A stretch of 64,000 bases of DNA from Bacteroidia bacterium (GTDB lineage Bacteria > Bacteroidota > Bacteroidia > M30B66), in assembly GCA_965279035.1 (NCBI GenBank), contig OZ257142.1, forward strand, positions 2,624,001-2,688,000, given 5' to 3'. Shown here piece after piece: positions 40,335 through 51,581 of the stretch. The translations under genes and the position numbers were made by a program. Each line of letters opens with the position of its first letter. Positions within the stretch are counted from its first letter, which is position 1. The notes below the pieces were generated by a model. It made no database searches and had not been told where the DNA came from. It saw only the letters and a program-made list of their open reading frames with translations.

Positions 40335-40839
40335 AACAACTGATATTTAACATTCTAAGGAAATTGATTTCTTATCAAAATACCCATTTAATTTAATTCA
40401 TTTACGCATGCATTCGACAAAATCTGCACACTTCTTTTTTTAAATCATGATACAATAAGCTTAAAAATTTAAATACCTAAATCAGGAATTTTATAGGTTT
40501 TCTAATTATCCTTTTATTCTTTTCAAAATAAATTAAACTTACATATATACTAGTATTTGAGTTTTACATTTTTATGGATAACTCAAATTAAAAGCATTCC
40601 ATTTTTAAACTAACTTGAAGAGTATAGCTTCTCACATTATTATGAAGATACTTCTAATTTATTTTTTAGATAAGGCCTAGATATAAATTTGAAATGAGCT
40701 ATTAAAATAATTCAATGTAATCTCTTTTATTCACCACGTTCATTCGAAACTTACATCTGTTTGATCTCTTGATGATCTTGCATTTATACGTTTTAAAGCT
40801 TAGGTAGTTTTGATTTCTTAATTGACCTAACTAATTACA

Positions 40840-41550
40840 ATGATGAACAAGTACTTATTTTCAATTGGATTGATTTCTTTGATTTCCGTCCAATATTCTT
40901 CTGCTCAATATTCGCCGAAATTAGCAGCACTCAATCAAAGTGTTGTTGCAATTCAAGGTTCAAAAACAGCTTCTTGTGGAACCTTTAGAACCATGGAATC
41001 TATGAAATATACCGATGGTGGTGATGCACGTGTTGTTCAAGTAAAAGTAGAACAACCTATCTGTGATAAACAACAAGGTGTTTTAGCATTATTAAATCCC
41101 TCTGGTGCTGATTGGAAATATAAAGTCATTCGCAAAGAAGGGACAATAGTTAGTGAGGGATTAGTAGGATATAATAGACGTATCGGAAGTTTAGAAACTG
41201 GTTCGTATCTCATTCAATTTACATTACCCGATGGAACATCAGCAGTTGATGAATTCACAGTCATTAAGCCCAATGCAATGATGTCAAGTATTGAAATGTC
41301 CAACAAAAACCAATACCTCAGTGGAAATGAACTTTCGTTCACTGCGATTAGCGAATCTGGTGCTGAATATATATGGGATTTTGGTGATGGCACGCAACCC
41401 ATATATGGTGAAAAACAAGTAAATCATAAATACTCGAAACCTGGAATCTATTCCATTGTGCTAACTGCCAATAATTTTGATTGCACTAGCATCGTCACAA
41501 AACAAGTAATTGTCACTGGACCAATTGCTCAAGGAGATTCTGAAAAATAA
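40840..41550 (+). CDS. Secreted PKD-domain protein
   Basis: Signal peptide; YIWDFGDG...HKYSKPGIYSIVLTA. Confidence 0.85.
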   Translation: MMNKYLFSIGLISLISVQYSSAQYSPKLAALNQSVVAIQGSKTASCGTFRTMESMKYTDGGDARVVQVKVEQPICDKQQGVLALLNPSGADWKYKVIRKEGTIVSEGLVGYNRRIGSLETGSYLIQFTLPDGTSAVDEFTVIKPNAMMSSIEMSNKNQYLSGNELSFTAISESGAEYIWDFGDGTQPIYGEKQVNHKYSKPGIYSIVLTANNFDCTSIVTKQVIVTGPIAQGDSEK

Positions 41551-41565
41551 TAAAATCTCTTTGTG

Positions 41566-41605
41566 AAGCCGGCTTAACTATCATTGGATTAAGCCGGCTT
41601 TTTTT
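41566..41605 (+). terminator. Intrinsic terminator
   Basis: AAGCCGGCTTAA / TTAAGCCGGCTT arms plus T-tract. Confidence 0.8.
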
Positions 41606-41617
41606 CATCTTTGAAAG

Positions 41618-42529
41618 ATGAAATTATTAAAAGATCTATGTGCCGTTAGAGCTACTTCCGGAGATGAGGGCCCAATGAAGAAATTCCTGCTGGAATTTAT
41701 CCATCAAAATCAACATCATTGGAAAAACAAACCGCTAATCATAGAAAATGATGATTTGCAAGATTGTCTGTTACTCGTTTTTGGAAAGCCTCGAACTGTC
41801 ATCTTTGCTCATATGGATTCAATTGGATTTACCGTCCGATATAAGAATCAATTGGTAAAGATTGGAGGACCAAGAACCGTTAATGGTTATGCTCTGGTTG
41901 GTGAAGATTCTAAAGGTGAAATAGATTGCATCCTTTCGGTGGATGATGACGGTGAACTGAATTCTATATTTCACCGAACAATAGATATTGGAACTCCGCT
42001 TTCTTTTAAACCTGATTTTCGAGAAACATCAAGCCAAGTCCAATGTTGTTACATGGATAACCGACTAGGAATTTATTCCGCTTTAAAAGTAGCAGAAACA
42101 CTCGAAAATGGAATTATTGCTTTTTCATGTTGGGAAGAACATGGTGGAGGTTCGGTAAATTATATAGCCGATTTTATCTTTAAGAAATACAAGGTAAGAC
42201 AAGCTCTCATTTCTGATATTACATGGGTTACAGAAGGTGTTAAAGCTGGTAAAGGTGTTGCAATTTCAATTCGAGATTCTGGAATTCCAAGAAGATCATA
42301 CGTAAATAAAATTCGTGAGCTAGCCATTGAATCTAAAATTCCATTTCAATTGGAAGTGGAAGGAAGTGGAGGAAGCGATGGTACAGAATTGCAAAAAGGT
42401 CATTTACCTTTTGATTGGTGTTTTATTGGTGCTCCAGAAAAAAATGTCCATACCCCGGATGAAACCGTTCATAAAAAAGACATTCAAAGCATGATTGAGA
42501 TGTATCATTTTTTAATGAAACGTTTGTAA
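41618..42529 (+). CDS. M42 family metallo-aminopeptidase
   Basis: AHMDSIG, MDNRLG, EEHG, ISDIT, GGSDG, HTPDE. Confidence 0.88.
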   Translation: MKLLKDLCAVRATSGDEGPMKKFLLEFIHQNQHHWKNKPLIIENDDLQDCLLLVFGKPRTVIFAHMDSIGFTVRYKNQLVKIGGPRTVNGYALVGEDSKGEIDCILSVDDDGELNSIFHRTIDIGTPLSFKPDFRETSSQVQCCYMDNRLGIYSALKVAETLENGIIAFSCWEEHGGGSVNYIADFIFKKYKVRQALISDITWVTEGVKAGKGVAISIRDSGIPRRSYVNKIRELAIESKIPFQLEVEGSGGSDGTELQKGHLPFDWCFIGAPEKNVHTPDETVHKKDIQSMIEMYHFLMKRL

Positions 42530-42532
42530 AAT

Positions 42533-42564
42533 AAGAAAGGCTGGAAGTAGTTCCAGCCTTTCTT
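42533..42564. terminator. Bidirectional terminator between convergent genes
   Basis: AAGAAAGGCTGGAA-GTAG-TTCCAGCCTTTCTT, 14-bp stem. Confidence 0.85.
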
Positions 42565-42583
42565 TATCATAAAATTTTATTGA

Positions 42584-45500
42584 CTATTTTATCAAATTGA
42601 CCAATCCTTCGTAGCGTTGAATAAAACCACGATCATCGGTTACTTCAATCTTGTACAAATATGAACCTGGTGGGGCTGTTGTTGAAGAAGTAAAAGGTTT
42701 ACCGTCCCATCCATTTTCCATATCATAGGAAGCATATACTTGCTGTCCCCATCGATTAAATATGTATATATGAAATGCTTGCATTCCTTCACCATAAGGG
42801 CGGAAAAAATCATTCACTTCATCACCATTTGGAGTAAAACTGTTCGGAATATAAATTCTGTATCCGGTAGTAATTGTAATACTTCGTTCTAAAGAATCTA
42901 AACATCCAAACTCATTACCAACAAATTGATGAATCGAATAAATACCTGCTGTATCAGGAAATACATAATCTTGATTTAAGCCATACAGCGTATCTCCAGT
43001 TGAAATAACATACCAAACCGAATCTGCTTGCGTCGCCGTGCTGTTGAAAGAAATTTCTGGTTCAATCACTGTTGCTTCCAATTGATCTAAGCCGAAACCA
43101 GCTTTAGGAACAGGATTAATTAAAATGTATTGCTTACGATCTTTACTTGAAGAACAACCATGTGAAGTTGTTACATTTAAAGAAACGTCATATAAACCGG
43201 CTTCTTCATAATTAAAAGATGGTGTTTCAGATGCAGAAGGATTTCCTGTTCCAAAATTCCAGCTGTATATCATATTAGCTGGTCCAGTTGATAAATTGAT
43301 AAAATTCACTTTTACAGGCACACATCCAGTAATTACTTCAGCATAAAAGTCAGCTACTGGCTCAGGATAAATGATTACATCTGAAGTGTATAAATTACTG
43401 AAACAACCTGAGTCATCAATTTGAAGTGAGATAGTTTGTGATCCTGTAGTTCCGAAAGAAATATTTGAAGGATTTAAAATACTACTTGATGGGATATTAG
43501 CATTCGCACCAAAATTCCATATGAATGTAGCGGTTGGTGTAAACTCACCTTGTGCTTCAAAACTAAATGAGTTTCCATTGAGACACTGACCAGGAGGAAC
43601 TTCAAAATTCACAAATGGTGGAGCGGTTACAGAATAAAACAAGGTGTCTGTTGCATCACATTGTCCATCATTTGCCGTTAATATAAACTGATATGTTTGG
43701 GTGTTCGTGGTATTATTATACAATTGAATTGAAGCTTCCGATAATGTTGGATCTGAAATTCCAATTAAAGGTGTCCATTGATAAGTATAAGCTGGGTTTC
43801 CTGCAACACCAATCGTAGCAGTAGCTCCAGAACAAACTTCATGATCCGAACCTGCATCCACCAATGGTAATGAAAGCACTTGAATGTTTTGTGTTGAAGG
43901 CAATGATTGGCAACCTAAGGAAACTACAGATAAACCAATTGATTTACCACCTGTTGTGTTCCATTTTACAGTAATAGGACCTGGCCCAACAGTCGTATTC
44001 GCTAAACCATCACCAAAATCCCAATTATAGATTGCATTTGCTGGAGCAGATCCAGAATATTGTATAGTAGATTCTCCGTCCAAACAAACAGGTGTACTAG
44101 CTGTGAATGTTGATGAAGGTATCGGATTTACTACTACTTGAATTTGTGTAGGCAAGGACGGACAACCATTCTCTGTTACTGTTAAGTTTAGAAAATATGA
44201 ACCAGCAGTTCCCCAAGTAACATTGATTGGACCTGATGAAGTTGAAGTTAATGGTGTTGCAGTTGGGAATGACCAATTAAAAGTTGCTGTTGCCCCTGCT
44301 CCACCCGTATATGTTACGATACTTGGACTTCCTTCACATACAGGACTTAATGCTGTAAAAGAAGAAAGAGGTGTATTATATACTGTAACAGTTTGTGAAA
44401 TAGGTAATGAAGAACATCCATTTTCTGTAACAGTTAATGAAACAGTTTTTGTACCCGAAGCATTCCAATTTACATTATAAGGCCCAGAAGTTCCTCCAGT
44501 TGTTGATGCGATTCCTCCATCAAATGACCAAACATAAGTACCTGCACTTGTTCCTGTTCCGGTATAATTTGTTATTGCATTAATACCTGGACAAACGGCT
44601 GGTGTAATTGTAAATGCTGCAGTTGGAGTTGGGTAAACTGTTACCTGTTGTGTTGTTACAGTTGAAGTACATCCATTATCTGTAACAGTCAAACCAACGG
44701 CATGAGATCCAGAATTTGACCAAGAAACTTGTTGAATGCCTGAAGTTGTGCCTCCAGGCGTAATAGTCCCATTACTATATGTCCAAGCAAAAGAAGCATT
44801 AGCACTAGCGATTCCAGAATACGTTAAAGTTGATTGAATTCCAACACAAACACCTGTAGGATTAATCGTAAAAGTTGATGTTGGAATAGGATTTACAACA
44901 ACGGTATTGGTTGTTACAGTAGAAACACACCCGTTTTGAGTAACTGATAAAGTAATATTCTTAGAACCAGCAGTTGCCCAATTTACAGTATATGGCCCAG
45001 CACCAGTTCCGCTTGCAACAACACCACCATCCCAATTCCAAGTATAGGTTGCTCCCGCGGTTGCAGTTCCACTATATGTAATTGTAGCATTTTGATTTGG
45101 GCAAACAGAAGGAGTTGCCGTAAATGTTGATGTTGGAATTGGATATACTGTTACAGGAACAGTAGAAGTATTAGATACACAGCCATTATCGTTACATGAT
45201 AAAGTAATGTTCTTTGTTCCACCTGTTGGCCATGTTACACTTATTGGCCCTGAGCCAGTTGCTGGCGTTCCAGTTCCTCCATCAAAATTCCAAGTAAAAG
45301 TTGAAGTTAAAGCTGCAGTACCTGTATATGTTAATGTAGTTGAAAGTCCAGCACAAAGGGCATTGGGACTAACAGTAAATGTTGAAGTTGGAGGAGGTAG
45401 TATTGTAACTGTATGAGAAGTTACAGATGAAATACATGAGCCAACATGTACTTCTAAGTTAATAGTTTTAACTCCTGGTGTTGCCCAAGTAACTGAAAAA

Positions 45501-46942
45501 GGACCGATACCACTGGCCGGTGATGCCACGCCACCATTAAAATTCCAAACAAATGTAGCCGAAGCAGGTGCATTTCCAGTATAAGATACGGTAACCGGAG
45601 CTGCTCCACAAACTTGACTAGCAGAAGTAGTAAATGTAGATGTTGGTGATGGATATACATCAACTGTAGTAGTAAATGTATCAGCAGCACAAGCACCGCC
45701 ATTAATTCTCAAACTTACATTTTTAGTTCCTGAAGTAGCCCAGTTTACATTTTGTGGCCCCAAACCAGTGCCTGGAACTGCAGTTCCACTATCAAAATTC
45801 CATGTTGGAACGGCTGTCGCTGTTGGAGTTGGTTGCCCTATAAATGTAAAAAGAGAGGTTTCTTGACCAGCACAAATAGGGGAAGTAACAGTAAATGTTG
45901 CATCATATTTCCTAGGACGGATGATCACTGTATCTTTTACTACAACATTACCAATACAAGGAATACTGAATGTTGCTGTACAAATAACCGTTCTATTGGT
46001 TGTTGTGTTTAACATGAATGCAGTATAATTGGGATTATTTAAAGTCCCAACATTTGTCCCATTAACAGTCCACTGCAATGAAACCAAATTAGCTGTGATC
46101 CCATTTAAAGTACCTGTTGCAGGAGCATATTGAAATGCTTGATTTGACATTCCTCCAGTAACATTATTAAAACCTGTTGGAATACTACCACAGCTACACA
46201 TAGGACTAGAATTAGCCCCCATCAATCCCATAACCCAACCTGTATTCCATAGAGTAGCACAAGCTGGTTTATTAATTACATGAATTTGAATAATGTTCGT
46301 AGTTTCAAATAATTGAATTTGAAATGATGAATTCAAACCTGGGCAGTCGGTTCCAAAAAACGGTACATTATTCCAACTGATAATAAAACGACGATTTGGA
46401 GCAACACCCGTTGTTGTATAAGTCACAGAACCTCCTGTTCCTGGATTAAAATCTTGCCAACATGCCATAATAGCACTTTGAGGTGTGCCTGTATTACAAG
46501 AAGGTAAAGCTTCAGGAGTATAGTCGGTAGGAACCGGTTGAACAAAACTCACAAAACCATTGGGACTCACATACAATTGATTATAGGTGTTCCCATAAAA
46601 TTGAAAGGGGAAACCAATTGTAATGGCACCACTTGCTCCGTCATCTGCTAAAGAAATTGCTGTTCCTGTTGTTGGTCCAGCATTCAAAGGAATTGTTGAA
46701 TAATTGTATCCAACAAACATTTGAGAGCTATTTCCACTTACAGTTGTGTTAACTGTAGCATGCAAAGGAAGAGTTTGATTCGTACATAATACCGTATCGT
46801 TCGCAGGTGAGATAGAAAGTGTTTGCGAAAATAAATTACCAGTTATAATTAAGTAGCTGGCTAATACTAAGAGCCTCAGGTGGTTGGGGAGTAGAGTTTT
46901 CAATCTGTAAGCAGACTTTATCTGAATGTGCGTAGTATTCAA
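42584..46942 (-). CDS. Large adhesin-like protein: NIDO-like head, eight ~85-aa PKD-like repeats, T9SS type B (gliding-motility-associated) CTD
   Basis: IGFPFQFYGNTY..LYVSPNGFVSF head; repeats PxPTSTFT..C..WNFDGG..GP..VxW..GxK..L..NGC; IPNSFTPNGDEVND..IFNRWG..GWDG. Start codon uncertain. Confidence 0.88.
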   Translation of the reverse strand: MNTTHIQIKSAYRLKTLLPNHLRLLVLASYLIITGNLFSQTLSISPANDTVLCTNQTLPLHATVNTTVSGNSSQMFVGYNYSTIPLNAGPTTGTAISLADDGASGAITIGFPFQFYGNTYNQLYVSPNGFVSFVQPVPTDYTPEALPSCNTGTPQSAIMACWQDFNPGTGGSVTYTTTGVAPNRRFIISWNNVPFFGTDCPGLNSSFQIQLFETTNIIQIHVINKPACATLWNTGWVMGLMGANSSPMCSCGSIPTGFNNVTGGMSNQAFQYAPATGTLNGITANLVSLQWTVNGTNVGTLNNPNYTAFMLNTTTNRTVICTATFSIPCIGNVVVKDTVIIRPRKYDATFTVTSPICAGQETSLFTFIGQPTPTATAVPTWNFDSGTAVPGTGLGPQNVNWATSGTKNVSLRINGGACAADTFTTTVDVYPSPTSTFTTSASQVCGAAPVTVSYTGNAPASATFVWNFNGGVASPASGIGPFSVTWATPGVKTINLEVHVGSCISSVTSHTVTILPPPTSTFTVSPNALCAGLSTTLTYTGTAALTSTFTWNFDGGTGTPATGSGPISVTWPTGGTKNITLSCNDNGCVSNTSTVPVTVYPIPTSTFTATPSVCPNQNATITYSGTATAGATYTWNWDGGVVASGTGAGPYTVNWATAGSKNITLSVTQNGCVSTVTTNTVVVNPIPTSTFTINPTGVCVGIQSTLTYSGIASANASFAWTYSNGTITPGGTTSGIQQVSWSNSGSHAVGLTVTDNGCTSTVTTQQVTVYPTPTAAFTITPAVCPGINAITNYTGTGTSAGTYVWSFDGGIASTTGGTSGPYNVNWNASGTKTVSLTVTENGCSSLPISQTVTVYNTPLSSFTALSPVCEGSPSIVTYTGGAGATATFNWSFPTATPLTSTSSGPINVTWGTAGSYFLNLTVTENGCPSLPTQIQVVVNPIPSSTFTASTPVCLDGESTIQYSGSAPANAIYNWDFGDGLANTTVGPGPITVKWNTTGGKSIGLSVVSLGCQSLPSTQNIQVLSLPLVDAGSDHEVCSGATATIGVAGNPAYTYQWTPLIGISDPTLSEASIQLYNNTTNTQTYQFILTANDGQCDATDTLFYSVTAPPFVNFEVPPGQCLNGNSFSFEAQGEFTPTATFIWNFGANANIPSSSILNPSNISFGTTGSQTISLQIDDSGCFSNLYTSDVIIYPEPVADFYAEVITGCVPVKVNFINLSTGPANMIYSWNFGTGNPSASETPSFNYEEAGLYDVSLNVTTSHGCSSSKDRKQYILINPVPKAGFGLDQLEATVIEPEISFNSTATQADSVWYVISTGDTLYGLNQDYVFPDTAGIYSIHQFVGNEFGCLDSLERSITITTGYRIYIPNSFTPNGDEVNDFFRPYGEGMQAFHIYIFNRWGQQVYASYDMENGWDGKPFTSSTTAPPGSYLYKIEVTDDRGFIQRYEGLVNLIK

Positions 46943-47075
46943 AACAGTTTGCTAAATATACTAAAAAAATTTCGACTACATAAAATAGTTCCTTGATTAA
47001 ACAGTATATTTTATCAAATCAATAAAATATACCTGTATCCTTACTGTTATAATAGATTTTGAAGGTTATTAACAA

Positions 47076-49265
47076 CTATCGAACAAGTACAACTATTCCA
47101 GTATAAACATGTTCCGTGTTAAAGACGTCTTTAATCCAAAGTTTGTAATTATAAACACCTGTTTCTGATGGCTTTTTCCCTTCATTGGCTCTTCCATCCC
47201 ACTCTTCTGAATATGTGTTAGTCTGAAAAATTTCGACTCCCCATCGATCAAAAATAATCATGCGATAGGTTTTAAATCCTTCTCCTTTCGGGCTAAACGT
47301 TTCATTTATTCCATCACCATCGGGAGTAAATGCATTGGGTATATAACAAGTATAAATAGGATCAATACGAATTCTAATTTTTGAAGTATCATAACATCCT
47401 ACTTCATTCACTGCGATTATTTTGGCTTTATACCATCCAGTGTCAGTATAGGTGTATGTAATATTAGGATCATCTTGAATATCTCCATTTCCAGGATCTA
47501 ACCAACTTCCCGAATTCTCAGATGATAAATCAAAAAAAGTAATATTAGGTGTTAAAATACTCGCCTGGCGTGGATTTGCATCAATGCCAGCTAAAGGTCG
47601 AGGACGAATTTGAATAAATCCTGGATACGTTGTTTGAATTGTATCTGTACAACCAATAATATTTTGGACGGTTAATGATAAATCATAAATACCTGGTTCG
47701 GTATATATATGTGTTGGATTTGCTAATGTAGAAGTAGAACCATCGCCAAAATCCCAATAAAACAACGCACCGGGAGAGTAGTTTGAAAGATTTTGAAAAA
47801 CCAAGTTAGCAGGCTCACATGCATTTTGATTATTAACTGAAAAATCGACCGTTAACATTCCATAAACAGTTACTAAGACTGTATCGTGATCTTCGCAATG
47901 TGGATCGGTAATCGTTAAATAAACAGGCCAAATTCCTGGTTCAGACCAAACTACATTTTGTGGATTTTGTAAAGTAGATGTTGAAATGGATGCGGGACCT
48001 GTAAATTCCCATTGAAACGTTGCATTACTTTCGTACTGCCCAGATGCTTGAAATGAAAATGAGTTTGTTGAGATGCATTGAGGTGCTTGTTCGGGTATAA
48101 TTGCATCAATTTTTCGATAAACAGCAATATTTAAAAATGCTGTATCAGCGCAGGAATAACCTGGATTCGCAATAAGTAAAACAGTAAATTGACCTGAATC
48201 TGGATAAGAGTAAACAGGATTTGTTAATGTACTTACATCAGAAGTAATCCCAGCAACCCCAAAATCCCATAGATAATTGGCTGCATTCGTACTTTGATTT
48301 ACAAAACTAGCTTGCAAACCATTACATAAAGATGTTCCACCATTTATGTCACTTAATGGTGCTTCAAATTCTGCTAATGTAGTATTCCCACATTGAACTA
48401 CATTAAATTGAAAATCCCGTTTATTTACACTTAGCAATACACCATTACGGTATTCACTCACACACACGGCAACAACATATTGTCCAAGCTGAGTTGGATA
48501 AGCTGTTAGCATACCTGTAGCCGGATCAATACTTGCTTGTGGTGTTGAAGGCATTGGATTCGTAGCAGAATACGGACTAGAAAAACTAACAAAATTATAG
48601 GGTGGACCTGCCGGTGGAATTGGCATTGGGACATCTGGTGTAGCACCCTCAAATGGATCACAAAGAGAATACACAAGAACATCCCCATCAGGATCTGTTG
48701 CTGAATGATTAAAATTCAAATGATCATTAATACACAAAACGATAGGAGGAAAACCATTGTAACGCGGACTCGAATTACAGGATGTCCAAGCAGATTCAGG
48801 AATGTGTGCTACATATGTAGCTCCAGTATCACCCGGATTGTTAAGATTTAAAATCGATTGGTTTCTACAACAACGTTGGTAAACTAAAGTATAACCACCA
48901 GGATAAGAAGGCAATGAGACAACTTCAGAATAAATACATTCTTCAACACACACATTAGCAGCATCTTGAAAACATGGATTAATATTGATTGGAGGAATCA
49001 AATGACTCCCGGGATAAATCATTTCAACATTTCGAACAAATCCTCCATTCGAATTGTAAACTGCCACATTAGCTGGACTATCATATGGCGCTTGACCATT
49101 TAAGCAATCACGATATAATTTCAATGTGATTCGAAATTGTCCATTTCCTAGACAATCATAATATATTTCTCCTCCTATAATATGTGTAGCTTTAAGCAAA
49201 CCTGAATTAGGCAGCTGAATAAAAAAGAATAAAATAATCAGTAAAAATCTGATCATTAGTAACAA
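47076..49265 (-). CDS. PKD-domain protein with T9SS type B CTD
   Basis: ATHIIGGEIYY, RCCRN, DPDGDVLVYSLC, RDFQFNV, WDFG repeats, IPNAFTPDGDGIN..FDRWG. Confidence 0.9.
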   Translation of the reverse strand: MLLMIRFLLIILFFFIQLPNSGLLKATHIIGGEIYYDCLGNGQFRITLKLYRDCLNGQAPYDSPANVAVYNSNGGFVRNVEMIYPGSHLIPPININPCFQDAANVCVEECIYSEVVSLPSYPGGYTLVYQRCCRNQSILNLNNPGDTGATYVAHIPESAWTSCNSSPRYNGFPPIVLCINDHLNFNHSATDPDGDVLVYSLCDPFEGATPDVPMPIPPAGPPYNFVSFSSPYSATNPMPSTPQASIDPATGMLTAYPTQLGQYVVAVCVSEYRNGVLLSVNKRDFQFNVVQCGNTTLAEFEAPLSDINGGTSLCNGLQASFVNQSTNAANYLWDFGVAGITSDVSTLTNPVYSYPDSGQFTVLLIANPGYSCADTAFLNIAVYRKIDAIIPEQAPQCISTNSFSFQASGQYESNATFQWEFTGPASISTSTLQNPQNVVWSEPGIWPVYLTITDPHCEDHDTVLVTVYGMLTVDFSVNNQNACEPANLVFQNLSNYSPGALFYWDFGDGSTSTLANPTHIYTEPGIYDLSLTVQNIIGCTDTIQTTYPGFIQIRPRPLAGIDANPRQASILTPNITFFDLSSENSGSWLDPGNGDIQDDPNITYTYTDTGWYKAKIIAVNEVGCYDTSKIRIRIDPIYTCYIPNAFTPDGDGINETFSPKGEGFKTYRMIIFDRWGVEIFQTNTYSEEWDGRANEGKKPSETGVYNYKLWIKDVFNTEHVYTGIVVLVR

Positions 49266-49317
49266 AATAAATTCAAAAAAAGAAACAACTAATGTACTCT
49301 GTTTTAATAAAGAACAA

Positions 49318-51435
49318 TCATCTAATTACTGAAACTCTACCAATAAATTGTTCTTTCTCAAGTGTTGGTTTGGTAAGTATTACTTTGTATGCATATACAT
49401 CAATAGGAATTCGATCAAGCACTCCCCTTACTCCTGTACCCCATTTTTTATCATAATCATCCGTATGGAAAATTTCCTCTCCCCAACGATTGTATATATA
49501 CATTTCAAAGGAAACAAAACCTTCTCCCAATCCCGAAAAACTATCATTTAGTCCATCCCCATCTGGTGTGAATGCATTAGGAATATAAAAACTGAAAGGT
49601 GGATATGATTTTATAGGATTACTAACGGTGTCTTTACATCCATATATATTAGTAGCAATCAATTGAACATTAAATTTTCCAGTATCTGGAAACGTATACA
49701 ATGGGTTTTGATCATTCGATTCACCTATTCCATCTCCAAAATCCCAGTTCCATACATTCACTTCTGGATAGGATAAATCAGTAAATTGGATAGTAGAGTG
49801 TTCAAAGTATTGAAGAGTATATAAAGCATGTATTTCACGAACATTAACAGTCATCGATTTGGAAATTTTTATTCCACAACTATCTGTAACTGACAAATAA
49901 TAACTAGTTGATTCCATAGGCTTTACAAATCTATCTAGATTTTGCAAGCTACTATTATCCAACCAAGAATATACAAAAGGCGCTTTGCCCCCCGTTGAAT
50001 AACCAATTAAATGTGCTTCCTTCCCTTTGCAAATAGTAGTATCATTAGATAAATACAATTTCATTTTAGTATAATTCAAAATATTGGCAAGTATAGAATC
50101 ACTAGCTACTGAACCACATTGATCTGTAGCTGTTACAACATACCATGTTGAAGAATCTGGATATACTGTTATAGGATTGCCAATGGTTTGCCCAATCCAA
50201 TTTATAGAATATGGTGAAACTCCGCCAGTTACTACAGCATTTAAATTCACAGGTGTTAATGGACAAATTAATGTTACATTCTGTCCCGGATCAACATCTA
50301 AAAGTGGTGGAGGATCATATATAAAAAAATCAACTCGCTTAATTTCTATTGTTGTACAACCTGTATCTCGGTAAATGATGGAAACCGTTTCACCTCCCGA
50401 TTCTGTGATATTATCGGGTAAGGCAAAAATATTAAAATCAACCTCGCTTTGACCAGGTTGAAATGTGATTGTAGTTGGAAAGGTTGAATAGTCAGTTCCA
50501 AATTGAGCTGAACCAGCATGTTCTAAATAAATTGTTAGAGCTTCGTTTGTTGAACCAGTTCTTTTTAAAATAATCTTATTATTTCCACAGCTTTCATAAA
50601 TAACATCGGATCCATTTATATAACTCGGCTTTTGTTCAATTGTAACTTCAGGAGATGAGAAACTGGAGGATTCTAAAAAAACAGCTGAATCATAAATTCC
50701 ATCCTTTACGTCAGCAATAACTAAAGTAATGGTATATGTTTGACAGGGAATAACTGTTGCTTGAGCAATAAATGGTTTAGTAAATCCATCAAATTGAACG
50801 GTTGGCCCTCCCCCATTTATTCCATTTCCATTATCAATATAGTAGGATGCAAAACTTCCCGAATTGATGTTATTGATTGCTACAGGTAAATTTGTTCCAG
50901 GGATAAGAGCAATATTTTGAGCACCTGTAATACCGGGACCTTGGATAAAGAAAGCAAATGCATCATTAAATTCAGAACCTACAAATTCTGGATATTCTTC
51001 GGAAGCAAAAACATATTTAAATTGAACTTTATCGCTTTCACAAAAGAAATTGAATCGTAAAACAGCAGCATCTTTAGATTCTACATTCCCACCTAAGAGT
51101 TGTTCTATTTGAGCATTACCACCAACCGACAAATCTTGACCAGAACTGGGAGTGTTGTTGGGTCCTGGTGCATCTTGAATTATGCCAGTACTCATAATAA
51201 CACCTGAAGTTAAACCGATATTTGAATTTGTTCCATCAAAACGGCCCAACATAGAAGATGAGCCATTAAATGTAATATTCGAAACTGTAACACCAGAACC
51301 AACTAATACATTTTGTACTAAAGTGGAAGCATTTTGTTGGTTAACAATTAACTGGGCATTTGTAAAAGCAGGAACCAACAGCAAAATTGCTGAGATTGTT
51401 TGAAGAATTATGTTGCTTTTACCGTTTGAACCCAT
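49318..51435 (-). CDS. Choice-of-anchor L domain protein with PKD and T9SS type B CTD
   Basis: LVQNVLVGSGVTVSN, YVFASEEYPEFVGSEFNDAF, IADVKDGIYDSAVFL; IPNAFTPDGDGLND..YNRWG. Confidence 0.9.
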   Translation of the reverse strand: MGSNGKSNIILQTISAILLLVPAFTNAQLIVNQQNASTLVQNVLVGSGVTVSNITFNGSSSMLGRFDGTNSNIGLTSGVIMSTGIIQDAPGPNNTPSSGQDLSVGGNAQIEQLLGGNVESKDAAVLRFNFFCESDKVQFKYVFASEEYPEFVGSEFNDAFAFFIQGPGITGAQNIALIPGTNLPVAINNINSGSFASYYIDNGNGINGGGPTVQFDGFTKPFIAQATVIPCQTYTITLVIADVKDGIYDSAVFLESSSFSSPEVTIEQKPSYINGSDVIYESCGNNKIILKRTGSTNEALTIYLEHAGSAQFGTDYSTFPTTITFQPGQSEVDFNIFALPDNITESGGETVSIIYRDTGCTTIEIKRVDFFIYDPPPLLDVDPGQNVTLICPLTPVNLNAVVTGGVSPYSINWIGQTIGNPITVYPDSSTWYVVTATDQCGSVASDSILANILNYTKMKLYLSNDTTICKGKEAHLIGYSTGGKAPFVYSWLDNSSLQNLDRFVKPMESTSYYLSVTDSCGIKISKSMTVNVREIHALYTLQYFEHSTIQFTDLSYPEVNVWNWDFGDGIGESNDQNPLYTFPDTGKFNVQLIATNIYGCKDTVSNPIKSYPPFSFYIPNAFTPDGDGLNDSFSGLGEGFVSFEMYIYNRWGEEIFHTDDYDKKWGTGVRGVLDRIPIDVYAYKVILTKPTLEKEQFIGRVSVIR

Positions 51436-51581
51436 TTGCTTTGTGAACGCAGAATCCGATGGATTGTTTTATCTATCGAAGGTTTAAAAACCGGGCGCCT
51501 TTAGCGAATTCTGTGCCAGTTCTTAGTCAAATTTAGTGTAAACTTTCGTCCAATTTTAAATTCTTCAACAAACTTTTCAAT

